NCBI GenBank assembly: GCA_016784385.1
Contig: JADHUT010000004.1
Span: forward strand, 1-49,540
Source of the DNA: Candidatus Microgenomates bacterium
GTDB lineage: Bacteria > Patescibacteriota > Microgenomatia > UBA8517
Length of the DNA stretch: 49,540 nucleotides
Direction: 5' to 3'
Shown: positions 16,896 through 25,929 of the stretch, piece after piece
Numbering within the stretch: the first letter of the stretch is position 1
Layout: every line of letters begins with the position of its first letter
Position numbers and translations under genes: made by a program
Notes under the pieces: generated by a model
The model's database searches: none
The model's input: the letters and a program-made list of their open reading frames with translations, nothing else
What the model was told of the DNA's origin: nothing

Positions 16896-18152
16896 ATGAG
16901 TATATTTGGAAGACTCAAAAAGATATTCTATTTCCCAATAGCTTACTATTTTGCAGTTTTTGCAAAAGTGAGGTTGTTGTTGTGGAAACCAATAGTTGTT
17001 GTAATAACTGGCTCAAGTGGCAAAACTACTCTACTACACATGATTGCTTCGCAATTGGGTGATACTGCCAAGTACTCATTTAAAGCTAATAGTTCATATG
17101 GAATACCTTTTGATATTTTGGGATTAAAAAGAGAAAGTCTAACTGTTTTAGAATGGCCAAAACTATTTTTATTTACTCCATTTATTGTATTTAAACCCCT
17201 CCCTAAACAAAAAATCTATATAGCAGAAGTAGATTGTGACAGAGTATTTGAAGGCAAGTTCTTAGGTAAGCTACTTAAACCCAACATTACTCTTTGGATT
17301 AATACCACAAAGACCCACAGTATGAATTTTGAAAGCAAGTCCAAACGAGTGGGTAAAGACATATTGAGCGTTATAACAGAGGAATTTGGGCAATTGGCCA
17401 AAAACACAAAAGACTTGGTGATTTACAATCAAGACTCCAAAAACCTCCAAAATTTTATAAAGAAAATGAAAGTAAAACAGTTGGGTGTTTCTAGGAAAGA
17501 TTTTGAAATTAAATACAATATAAGTTTCAAAGGAACTGAGTTTTACATAGATAAAACCAAGTATAGTTTTGCCTATTTACTCCCTGAAGTTACCTTTTAC
17601 CAGATAATAATGTGTTGTGAGTTAGTTAATTTACTTGGTACAAAGATGGATCTAAAGTTTAAAAATTTTAAAGCTCCCCCGGGGAGAAGTTCAATCTTCA
17701 AGGGAATTAGAAATACTACATTGGTGGATAGTACGTATAATTCAAATCTTGATTCAATGAAGGTAATTTTGCAGTTGTTTGATCAGTTGAAGTCGGAAAA
17801 TAAATGGATTGTAGTGGGAGATATGTTGGAACAAGGCAAAAACGAGATTGAAGAACATAAAAAACTGGCTGAAATTATTAACACATACAATTTTGACAAA
17901 GTAGTATTGATGGGCCCAAGGGTTGGGAAAATAGTTAGTCCTTTGGTTGAAAATAGTGTAGTTTTTGAAATGCCCGATAAAGTTTTGAGTTTTTTGAAAG
18001 AGAATTTAAAAGGCGAAGAAGCAATCCTATTTAAAGGAGCAAGGTTTTTGGAAGGTGTAGTTGGAGCACTACTTTTGAATAAATCAAATTCTAAAAATTT
18101 GGTAAGAAGAGAAAAAGTATGGCAAAAAAGAAGGGAGAAGTTTGGATTATAG
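16896..18152 (+). CDS. murF: UDP-MurNAc-tripeptide--D-Ala-D-Ala ligase-like Mur ligase (MurF-type, atypical N-terminus)
   Basis: P-loop ITGSSGKTT, DSTYNSN (compare DDSYNAN) and GDMLEQG (compare GDMxELG). The N-terminal 30 aa are hydrophobic rather than the usual domain 1. Confidence 0.75.
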   Translation: MSIFGRLKKIFYFPIAYYFAVFAKVRLLLWKPIVVVITGSSGKTTLLHMIASQLGDTAKYSFKANSSYGIPFDILGLKRESLTVLEWPKLFLFTPFIVFKPLPKQKIYIAEVDCDRVFEGKFLGKLLKPNITLWINTTKTHSMNFESKSKRVGKDILSVITEEFGQLAKNTKDLVIYNQDSKNLQNFIKKMKVKQLGVSRKDFEIKYNISFKGTEFYIDKTKYSFAYLLPEVTFYQIIMCCELVNLLGTKMDLKFKNFKAPPGRSSIFKGIRNTTLVDSTYNSNLDSMKVILQLFDQLKSENKWIVVGDMLEQGKNEIEEHKKLAEIINTYNFDKVVLMGPRVGKIVSPLVENSVVFEMPDKVLSFLKENLKGEEAILFKGARFLEGVVGALLLNKSNSKNLVRREKVWQKRREKFGL

Positions 18153-18188
18153 CAAAATTGACAATTTTGATATATTGATTATATCGCC

Positions 18189-18887
18189 ATGACGACAGAC
18201 AAAAAAATATTTGTACTTCCAGGTTGGGCGTATGAAACAAAAAAGTGGGATGAATTTATTGGTATGTTGAGAAAAGATGGTTTCAATCCTATTTTACTTT
18301 CCATACCTGGTTTGACTGAAAAAATAGAAAAACCTTGGAATATAGACGATTATGTAAATTGGCTCTCAAGTAAACTCAAAAATGAAAGTCAGGTTTTTTT
18401 GATAGGACACTCCAATGGTGGGAGAATTGCACTTTCATATATTTTGTCAAATCCTAAAAAAATTTCTAAATTAGTCCTCTTGGATAGTGCAGGTATTTAT
18501 CACAACGAAGTACCCATCAGACTTAAAAGAACACTTTTTAAATACCTGGCCAAATTAGGCAAAAGTGTCACAAAGTCAGATACATTGAAAAATTTGATGT
18601 ATAAATTTGCAAGAGAGAGTGATTACAACCAAGCTCCAGAAATAATGAAAAAAACCATGCAGAACCTAATTAGTCATGACTTGACCCAGAACTTACAAAA
18701 AATTAGAACAAATACATTAATTTTATGGGGACATGACGACAAAGTTACACCACTTTCTGATGGAAAGATGATGGAGAAGAACTTGCCAAACTCAAGACTT
18801 GAAATTGTAAAGGATGCTCGGCATTCACCTCAATTTTCTCACACTGAAAATGTAGTTAAAATAATCGACGAATTTTTCAAAAAATAA
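18189..18887 (+). CDS. Alpha/beta-fold hydrolase
   Basis: Nucleophile elbow GHSNGG, a late WGHDD acid and DARHSP histidine. 232 aa. Confidence 0.7.
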   Translation: MTTDKKIFVLPGWAYETKKWDEFIGMLRKDGFNPILLSIPGLTEKIEKPWNIDDYVNWLSSKLKNESQVFLIGHSNGGRIALSYILSNPKKISKLVLLDSAGIYHNEVPIRLKRTLFKYLAKLGKSVTKSDTLKNLMYKFARESDYNQAPEIMKKTMQNLISHDLTQNLQKIRTNTLILWGHDDKVTPLSDGKMMEKNLPNSRLEIVKDARHSPQFSHTENVVKIIDEFFKK

Positions 18888-18898
18888 ATATTATAAAT

Positions 18899-20020
18899 AT
18901 GAACATATTTAACTCACTAGGATCAAACTACAATTTGAAAATTGCCTTCCAGACTCTGTTTGCAAACAACAAAAAAGAAAACAAAGAAAAGTTGGTAGAT
19001 TTTTTGGAAAATAAATACGGCGGAGAAGTTCATTTATTTTACAAAGGGAGAGAAGCATTGGAAGCTGCGCTGAAATTGTTAGATCTACCTAATTATAATA
19101 TGGTTGCAATTAATGGTTTTACTTGTTTGGTGGTTTGTGACGCGGTTAAGCGAGCCGATTTAAGATCGATCTACCTGGACATCGAGTCAAGTACTCTAAA
19201 TTTTACAGCTAATGCTTTAGAGGTCGAGATAAGAAGAAATCCAAAACTTAAAGTTGTTGTTGTGCAACACACGCTAGGGATCTCTTCTGAAATCAAAAAA
19301 ATTTCTGAAATATGCAAGAGTAATGGTTTGGTGCTTATTGAAGATCTGGCACACAGTGTTGGTGGTGTATACGGAGACCTAGTGACGCTCTCTTTCAGTC
19401 AAGACAAAATTATTGATTCAGTGTCAGGTGGTGCATTGATTATTAAAAATAAAAACTTACAAAAAAAAGTTACTTTTGAAAAAATGGGCGTTGGCTTTTT
19501 TCAACAAGTTAAAGATAGGTTGTACCCACTACTGACGATGATAATTAGAGTAACTTACCCCACAGGGTTCGGAAAAGTTTTCCACAAAACCCTTAAGCGT
19601 ATGAAATTTCTTTCAGTACCAATAGAAAAATTGGTTGTAGGCTTGAGAGATTTACCAAACTGGTATTGCAGCGTTGCTTTGAGCTATTTGGAAAATTTGG
19701 ACGAAGATATTAAACATAGGGAAAAAATTGTTAGAATTTATAAAAAAGATTTAGTTGAAAAAATACGACTTAACGGGTCACCACTGATTAGGTTTCCAAT
19801 AATTGTAGAAGAGAGAAGTGAGCTAATAAAAGTACTCAAAAAGAGGGGTGTTTACGTATCTGATATTTGGTATGACACACTTGTTACATCTAAAAAGAGA
19901 TGCCCAGTGTCCAATAGGGTTTCTGGGAAAATTTTAAATTTACCAACACATAAAAATATTAGCGAAAAGAAGGCTAAAAAAATATGTGTGATAATTAACC
20001 AATGGATAAATTCACAGTAA
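18899..20020 (+). CDS. DegT/DnrJ/EryC1/StrS-like PLP-dependent enzyme
   Basis: LSFSQDKIIDSVSGGALI matches the SFxxxK PLP-lysine block. Overall length and layout are aminotransferase class V-like. Confidence 0.55.
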   Translation: MNIFNSLGSNYNLKIAFQTLFANNKKENKEKLVDFLENKYGGEVHLFYKGREALEAALKLLDLPNYNMVAINGFTCLVVCDAVKRADLRSIYLDIESSTLNFTANALEVEIRRNPKLKVVVVQHTLGISSEIKKISEICKSNGLVLIEDLAHSVGGVYGDLVTLSFSQDKIIDSVSGGALIIKNKNLQKKVTFEKMGVGFFQQVKDRLYPLLTMIIRVTYPTGFGKVFHKTLKRMKFLSVPIEKLVVGLRDLPNWYCSVALSYLENLDEDIKHREKIVRIYKKDLVEKIRLNGSPLIRFPIIVEERSELIKVLKKRGVYVSDIWYDTLVTSKKRCPVSNRVSGKILNLPTHKNISEKKAKKICVIINQWINSQ

Positions 20021-21042
20021 AACAAATAAAAAACAAAAAGGTTTGGGAAACTTTTGTATTGTCAAAAAAACCTCAAACCTTCTTGCAATCGTGGAATTGG
20101 GGAGAAGTCAATGAAAACCTTGGCGAAGAAATAATTAGACTGGGATTTTACAAAAACAATGTGTTGGTTGGTATTTGCTTGCTCATTAAGCAGAATGCTA
20201 AAAGAGGTCCTCATTTTTTGATTCCCGCAGGACCACTAATGGATTGGGAAGATGAAAACTTGGCTAAATTTTTCAAAAAAAGTGTTTATGACCTTGCTAA
20301 AAAATCCAAAGTTTGGTTTGTAAGAATAAGACCTGAAATATTAGATAATAAAAAAAAGAATAACCCGCTTCGCGGTAAAGAACTTTTTAGAAAGTTGGGA
20401 ATGAAACAAGCCCCTATGCACCTACACGCTGAAAATACTTGGATTTTAGACATTTCAAAATCTGAAGATGAGTTGTTGTCAGAGATGAGAAAAACTACGA
20501 GATATTTGATACGGAAAAGCTTGAAGTATGACTTGACTATTGAGGTTTCTAAAGATCCTAAACTTTCTGAAACTCTTTTCAATCTTCAAAAAGAAACTGC
20601 TCTTAGGCACAAATTTGTGGGATTTTCTGAAAAGTTATTTAAGAGCGAAATCAAAGTTTTTTCTATAGACAAACAAGCAGAAGTATTTTTGGTTAAAAAG
20701 GCAAAAGAAGCACTTGCAATAGCAATTATAATTTTTTATGGCGATAGTGCCTATTATCACTTCAGTGGATCAACTTCCAAGTATAGAGAAATTCCATTTT
20801 CGTATAGGTTGCAGTGGGAAATTATTAAGCACGCAAAACGCAGAGGTATTAAATTTTATAACTTCTGGGGTATAGCACCAAACGACAACCCTAAACATCG
20901 TTTTGCTGGTGTGACCCTTTTTAAGACTGGATTTGGGGGAGAAAGAATTGATTGGTTTCCAGCACATGACCTAGTGATAAATCCACTATATTATTTTACT
21001 TATATCTTTGAAACGCTACGCAAGACAATGAGAAGGCTGTGA
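20002..21042 (+). CDS. FemAB-family peptidoglycan aminoacyltransferase (FemX-like)
   Basis: FLQSWNWGE near the N-terminus and YYHFSGSTSKYREIPFSYRLQWEIIKHAKRRGIKFYNFWGI are typical of the FemABX family. Confidence 0.8.
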   Translation: MDKFTVKQIKNKKVWETFVLSKKPQTFLQSWNWGEVNENLGEEIIRLGFYKNNVLVGICLLIKQNAKRGPHFLIPAGPLMDWEDENLAKFFKKSVYDLAKKSKVWFVRIRPEILDNKKKNNPLRGKELFRKLGMKQAPMHLHAENTWILDISKSEDELLSEMRKTTRYLIRKSLKYDLTIEVSKDPKLSETLFNLQKETALRHKFVGFSEKLFKSEIKVFSIDKQAEVFLVKKAKEALAIAIIIFYGDSAYYHFSGSTSKYREIPFSYRLQWEIIKHAKRRGIKFYNFWGIAPNDNPKHRFAGVTLFKTGFGGERIDWFPAHDLVINPLYYFTYIFETLRKTMRRL

Positions 21043-21057
21043 TAGTATAATATAAGT

Positions 21058-22113
21058 ATGAATGAACAAAACTATTTACCCTTGGCCTTAGGCTTGGTGA
21101 TGTTTTCATTTTTCATAACTGCAGCACTTGTTGTTCCTTTTATTAATTTTCTATACAAAATTCATCTTACAAGAAGAAAAGAAGCTCCAAAAAAAGGAAA
21201 AATTCCTCTTTTTGACAAACTCCATGACAGAAAGGCTGGCACACCAGTAGGGGGTGGAGTATTAATTATTGCTGTAGTGGCACTTCTTTTTTCAATAGTA
21301 TTTCCAGTAGTCAGGCATTTTGGGATTTATATTGAAACTGCACACAACCTGCCAACTGAGTTGTTCATAATATTTTTCACTTTCATATCATTTGGTTTTC
21401 TTGGTTTACTTGATGATGTTGTAAAGACTTTTGGAAAACCAAATAAAGGGGTTTTGGGTTTTGCCTTTGGGTTGAGCAGAAGAGTAAAGTTTGCACTTCA
21501 GTGGGTTTTGGCAATAATTGCATCTTTTGTTATATATAAAAATCTTGGAATAGATATCATAAATATTCCGATGTTTGGAATTGTGCTTCATTTGGGTTGG
21601 TGGTACATACCATTTTCTGCATTCGTGATAGTTTCTTTTACTAATGCATTTAATATTACGGATGGACTAGATGGACTTTCTTCAGGACTCTTGGCAATTT
21701 GTCTTTCAGTCTTTGGGATAATTGCAGCAACTGGGTTGGACACTCCTTTGGCAATATTTATTGGGCTTTGGATAGGTGCATTAATTGCATTTTTATACTT
21801 TAATATATGGCCTGCAAGAATTTGGCTGGGTGACGCTGGAGCGCTGTCTTTCGGTGCAACTCTGGCTGTAATTGGACTTCTTTCAGGAAGTATTGTTGCA
21901 CTTGTAGTAATAGGGGGGATATTTATATTAGAAATAATTTCATCCGCAGTTCAAATATTGGGATGGAAGTTTTTAAAAAGGCCAATACTGCCCCTTGCTC
22001 CACTCCACAACACTCTTTTTGCAAGAGGATGGGAAGAACCCAAAATCGTAACAAGGGCTTGGCTTGCAGGAATAATACTTGGAATTTTCGGACTCTGGTT
22101 GGCCACCATTTAG
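21058..22113 (+). CDS. mraY: Phospho-N-acetylmuramoyl-pentapeptide transferase
   Basis: Polytopic membrane protein with NAFNITDGLDGL and LGDAGALSFG motifs. Confidence 0.9.
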   Translation: MNEQNYLPLALGLVMFSFFITAALVVPFINFLYKIHLTRRKEAPKKGKIPLFDKLHDRKAGTPVGGGVLIIAVVALLFSIVFPVVRHFGIYIETAHNLPTELFIIFFTFISFGFLGLLDDVVKTFGKPNKGVLGFAFGLSRRVKFALQWVLAIIASFVIYKNLGIDIINIPMFGIVLHLGWWYIPFSAFVIVSFTNAFNITDGLDGLSSGLLAICLSVFGIIAATGLDTPLAIFIGLWIGALIAFLYFNIWPARIWLGDAGALSFGATLAVIGLLSGSIVALVVIGGIFILEIISSAVQILGWKFLKRPILPLAPLHNTLFARGWEEPKIVTRAWLAGIILGIFGLWLATI

Positions 22114-22211
22114 GGCTTTGTTAAAATTTTTTCTATCCCAGAAGATGAATCTAATAAATAGTTACATTCGTCCAGTATGTGTTTTAAATATTCTTCAGGT
22201 AATTTGGACAT
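22110..22211 (-). pseudogene. Truncated HEPN/DUF86 (HepT-like) toxin remnant, 33 codons
   Basis: MSKLPEEYLKHILDECNYLLDSSSGIEKILTKP* resembles only the first helix of DUF86 proteins. Its ATG overlaps the end of the upstream MNT reading frame, as in MNT-HepT operons. It abuts the mraY stop. Confidence 0.45.
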
Positions 22212-22499
22212 ATTCAACCTCCTTTTGGATGTGGGGTGCTATATATGGACTTAATGACTGTGGTGTTAATAGATCCACCTTTCTCCCTAAAATATTTTCT
22301 GTAAAGTTGATAGTGCCCATGAAATTTTTAAAACTTTTTTGATTTTTGTCAAAATCCACAATAAGGTCAACATCACTTTTATCTGATTGATCGTTTGTAA
22401 CGAAAGAACCGAATAAACCAACTCGTTTTACTCCAAAACTCTTTAATTCTTCTTATTCTTTTCAAGTAGGTCAACAATTTCTTGTTTAGTTTTTACCAT
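22195..22499 (-). pseudogene. Frameshifted MNT-type nucleotidyltransferase antitoxin
   Basis: Hand translation gives MVKTKQEIVDLLEKNKKN*. One frame over it continues EELKSFGVKRVGLFGSFVTNDQSDKSDVDLIVDF...KVDLLT, which carries the GS...DxD minimal nucleotidyltransferase motif. No in-frame start precedes the catalytic part. Confidence 0.6.
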
Positions 22500-22547
22500 A
22501 AATTAATTATACAACAAAATACATAAAGTCTTTGTTACAATTTATCT

Positions 22548-23684
22548 GTGAAAAGAAAAAAAAGAGTAAAGCTTCGAAGAGTCAAGAGAGTAAAAAAACA
22601 AAAACACCCGTTTGACAGGAACTTTTTTTATTTGGTTTTGTCCTTGGTTGTAGTGGGACTTGTTTTTGTTGCTGACATTTCTGCGCCCCAGGCATTAACT
22701 TACTTTGATGACAAATTTCATTTTTTAAAACAACAAGTAGTTGCTGCTGTCGTCGGTGTTATCGCGATGATTGTGATTTCCGGAATTAAGTATTCATATT
22801 GGAAAAAAATTGCTGTGCCATTTTTTGGTTTTTCTATAATTCTTCTGATTGCAGTTTTAATCCCTGGAATTAGTTATTCAGCACTTGGGGCCAGGAGATG
22901 GATAAGTGTTGGTGGATTTAACTTTCAACCATCTGAGGTGGTTAAGTTGTCGTTGGCTCTTTACTTGGCTAAAGTTTCTGAAATGAATAAAAAAACCATT
23001 TCATATTTTGTGCCACTTGGAATTGTAGCTGGTCTTATAATGCTTCAGCCTGATTTGGGTACTACTATTATAGTTGCAACAATTGGAGTTGCCCAAATAT
23101 TTGTTGCTGGAGTACCATTACTACACTTTTTAGGAACTGTAGCTGTAGGGATTGTTGGAGTAGTGGGGTTAATTTTGTCCTCTTCATACAGAAGAGACAG
23201 GTTGATAACATTTCTTCAAAATACTACTGACCCACTTGGAAAGTCCTATCATATAAGGCAAATACTGCTGGCAATGGGTTCTGGAGGTATTTTTGGAGTA
23301 GGTTTGGGCCAATCCAAGCAAAAGTATTTATTTTTACCAGAAGCTTCAACTGATTCAATTTTTGCAGCAATTGCAGAGGAAATAGGTCTAATTGGTGGGT
23401 TGGCTATAATACTCGTTTTTTTGTATTTTGTGTTCAAAGCTTTCAAAATAGCTGTTAATGCTCCTGATAAATTTTCAAAAGTTCTGGCAGTTGGAATTAC
23501 TTCATGGATAGGGGGCCAGGCCTTACTTAACTTTTCATCAATGGTAGCGTTAACTCCACTAACAGGTATACCTCTGCCGTTTTTTTCATTTGGAGGCACT
23601 AGTTTAGTGATGGTTCTGGTCGGATGCGGTATACTACTAAATATAAGCAGGTATGAAACAAAAAAAATTACTTCTCGCAGGTAG
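22548..23684 (+). CDS. ftsW: SEDS-family peptidoglycan glycosyltransferase FtsW
   Basis: About 10 TM segments. RRWISVGGFNFQPSE and LPEASTDSIFAAIAEEIGLIG are SEDS signatures. Located between mraY and murG. Confidence 0.85.
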   Translation: MKRKKRVKLRRVKRVKKQKHPFDRNFFYLVLSLVVVGLVFVADISAPQALTYFDDKFHFLKQQVVAAVVGVIAMIVISGIKYSYWKKIAVPFFGFSIILLIAVLIPGISYSALGARRWISVGGFNFQPSEVVKLSLALYLAKVSEMNKKTISYFVPLGIVAGLIMLQPDLGTTIIVATIGVAQIFVAGVPLLHFLGTVAVGIVGVVGLILSSSYRRDRLITFLQNTTDPLGKSYHIRQILLAMGSGGIFGVGLGQSKQKYLFLPEASTDSIFAAIAEEIGLIGGLAIILVFLYFVFKAFKIAVNAPDKFSKVLAVGITSWIGGQALLNFSSMVALTPLTGIPLPFFSFGGTSLVMVLVGCGILLNISRYETKKITSRR

Positions 23685-24690
23685 TCATGCTGCAACTACG
23701 GCCGCAGCTACTATAGTTGAGATTAAAAAAAGAAAGTTAGCATTAGAGCTTTTTTGGGTTGGAAACAAAAAATTACCCCTTTTTGGTGTATTTTTTCAAA
23801 AAATAGAATCTGGAAAAATTGAAAATAAATTTACAAGAAACACAATATTATCTTTTCTAAAAATTCCTTTTGGGTTCATTCAAGCAGGACTGGCAGTTTT
23901 TAAGATAAGGCCAGATTTGATACTCTCTTTTGGTGGCGCTGCTGGAGGCCAGGTAGCATTTTGGGGATGGATCTTTCGTATTCCTGTAATTATTCATGAA
24001 CAAACAAGTGTGGCAGGTAGAGCTAATATAAAGTCGTCCAAATTTGCCAAAAAAATTGCAATTTCAAGGGTTACGTCAGAGAAATACTTCCCATCAAATA
24101 AAACTGTTTTGACTGGTGATCCAATTTCAAAAGATATTGTAAAACTTGCAAAATTAAGCGCCAATCCAGAAGTAAAAACAATTTTTATTACAGGGGGTTC
24201 GCGGGGTTCAAAGTGGATAAATAATGCAATAAAACCAATACTCCCCAAACTCCTTACAAAATACAAAATTATATGGCAAGTGGGAGAGGGTAGTGTAGAT
24301 AAATTTAAAATAAAAAATCCACAGTTAACAATTTTTAGAGCAACCAATAGTTCAGAAGAATACTCAAAGTACTTACAACTTGCAGATATTGTTGTAGGTA
24401 GAGCTGGAGCAAATACAGTATCTGAGCTGATCATTGCAAAAAAACCTTGTATTTTAGTTCCCATTCCATGGAGTTATCTAGATGAACAAACCAAAAATGC
24501 CCAACAAGCAAAAAAATTGGGGCTTGCAAGAATAGTAAAACAAAGAGAATTAACTCCTGAAAAACTCTTCGATGTGATTGAAAATTTAGTTGCAGACTAC
24601 CCAAAAATAATAAAAAATACAAAAAATTTGGTTTCAACAGATCTCAGTGCTTCGGAGAAATTGGTGAATTTGCTGGAAAAGTATCTCTAG
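23653..24690 (+). CDS. murG: Lipid I N-acetylglucosaminyltransferase (MurG, GT28)
   Basis: IIHEQTSVAGRAN (compare HEQN..AG..N), ITGGSRGS and VGRAGANTVSEL motifs. The N-terminal G-loop is atypical (LLAGSHAATTAAA). Confidence 0.8.
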   Translation: MKQKKLLLAGSHAATTAAATIVEIKKRKLALELFWVGNKKLPLFGVFFQKIESGKIENKFTRNTILSFLKIPFGFIQAGLAVFKIRPDLILSFGGAAGGQVAFWGWIFRIPVIIHEQTSVAGRANIKSSKFAKKIAISRVTSEKYFPSNKTVLTGDPISKDIVKLAKLSANPEVKTIFITGGSRGSKWINNAIKPILPKLLTKYKIIWQVGEGSVDKFKIKNPQLTIFRATNSSEEYSKYLQLADIVVGRAGANTVSELIIAKKPCILVPIPWSYLDEQTKNAQQAKKLGLARIVKQRELTPEKLFDVIENLVADYPKIIKNTKNLVSTDLSASEKLVNLLEKYL

Positions 24691-24840
24691 TATAAATATC
24701 TTTTGTTTTTGCTTCCTTAGCCCATGCACTCAATAAGACATTGGCAGAGGTGTCCTCCTGCCTGGTCTTTTTTTCTAGCGCGATTTTATCTTCAATTTGC
24801 CTAAGTATTATTGCCCTTAAACTGTTAATCTGTAATAAAG
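24644..24840 (-). pseudogene. 3' part of a small ORF split by the IS30 element
   Basis: 64 stop-free codons with no start. Joining them to ATGACTAACCAAGAGAAGCTACC (25933-25954, minus strand) after removing the IS and one AAG copy gives a continuous 72-codon ORF. Confidence 0.35.
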
Positions 24841-25929
24841 CCTAGGTTCTAAAACGAAGTGCACCACTTAAGGTAAAATGGTTGGCCTTAAGGAAGTGAA
24901 TAACTATTAAATATAAACATTTAAGTTTAAAAGAACGTGAGATTTTGTATGGAATGTTGGGGAAAGGTATATCTTTGCGTAAAATTGGTAAGAGGTTGGG
25001 AAGAAGCCATACTACTCTGTCTCGTGAGATAGACAAACACAGCAGACACTGGAGACCATATATACCCTGTGAGGCAGATAGAAGAGCCTCCAGGTGGTCA
25101 TTAAACCAGAGAAGGAGAGCAGCTTTAAAGAATCCTCTTGTTTTTGTATATGTAAGAAAAAAGTTAAGACTGGGGTGGAGCCCTGAAATAATTGCAGGGA
25201 GACTTTCTGTGGATCACCCAGAAGAGCATATTTGTCCTGAAACAATATACAAGTACATTTTTAACAAAAAAACCAAAAGAGAAAAACTTTGGAGGTATCT
25301 GGAACTGGGCAGGAAGAAAAGAAGGGTGAAGTCTGGTAGAAAGGTTAAAAGGAAAAGTAAGATAAAAAATGCAAAATCAATTGATTTGAGGCCAAAATCA
25401 GTAGAAAAGAGAAACCACTCTGGTCATTGGGAAACAGACAACATGGAAGGAGTAAAAACAGATAAACAAGTACTTTCAGCAACAGTTGAGAGAATGACCA
25501 GAGTGGTTCTTTTGACAAAACTTAAAGATAGAAAATCAGATACTAAAGTTGAGGCTGTCATAAACAGGATCAATGAATTTCCAAAACAAGTAATCCTCAC
25601 TTTAACTGCAGACAATGGAGCAGAAAACACAAAGCATGAAACTATAACAGAAAAATTAAACATACCTGTCTACTTTTGTCACCCATACCACTCTTGGGAA
25701 AAAGGTAGTGTTGAAAACAGAATTAAAAAAGTAAGAAGAATACTACCAAAGGGACAAAGTTTGGACAACATCCCAACCAGAAAGGTACAAAACATAGAAG
25801 AGTGGATAAACAACACACCCATGAAAGTACTTGACTACAAAACACCATATGAGAAGATGGCAGAAGTATTAGGAAAGAAAAAATATACCAACTACCTAAC
25901 TAGTGGTGCACTTCGGGATTGAATGTAGG
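24841..25929 (+). mobile_element. IS30-family insertion sequence, 1089 bp
   Basis: Terminal inverted repeats are CCTAGGTTCTAAAACGAAGTGCACCACT (24841-24868) and the reverse complement of 25902-25929, CCTACATTCAATCCCGAAGTGCACCACT. They match at 22 of 28 positions, with the inner 14 perfect. Flanking 3-bp direct repeats AAG lie at 24838-24840 and 25930-25932. The element has a single transposase ORF. Confidence 0.85.
24945..25922 (+). CDS. IS30-family DDE transposase
   Basis: N-terminal HTH (ISLRKIGKRLGRSHTTLSREIDKH), HWETDNMEG (first D), TADNGAEN (second D) and SWEKGSVEN (E). The frame is open back to 24900 (ITIKYKHLSLKEREIL) without a canonical start, so the true N-terminus is uncertain. Confidence 0.9.
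   Translation: MYGMLGKGISLRKIGKRLGRSHTTLSREIDKHSRHWRPYIPCEADRRASRWSLNQRRRAALKNPLVFVYVRKKLRLGWSPEIIAGRLSVDHPEEHICPETIYKYIFNKKTKREKLWRYLELGRKKRRVKSGRKVKRKSKIKNAKSIDLRPKSVEKRNHSGHWETDNMEGVKTDKQVLSATVERMTRVVLLTKLKDRKSDTKVEAVINRINEFPKQVILTLTADNGAENTKHETITEKLNIPVYFCHPYHSWEKGSVENRIKKVRRILPKGQSLDNIPTRKVQNIEEWINNTPMKVLDYKTPYEKMAEVLGKKKYTNYLTSGALRD

Noticed and set aside
22079-22342. The plus-strand 87-aa ORF after mraY.
   Set aside because: The opposite strand of the same segment encodes recognisable MNT and HEPN/DUF86 remnants. The plus-strand ORF starts inside mraY and has no motif.
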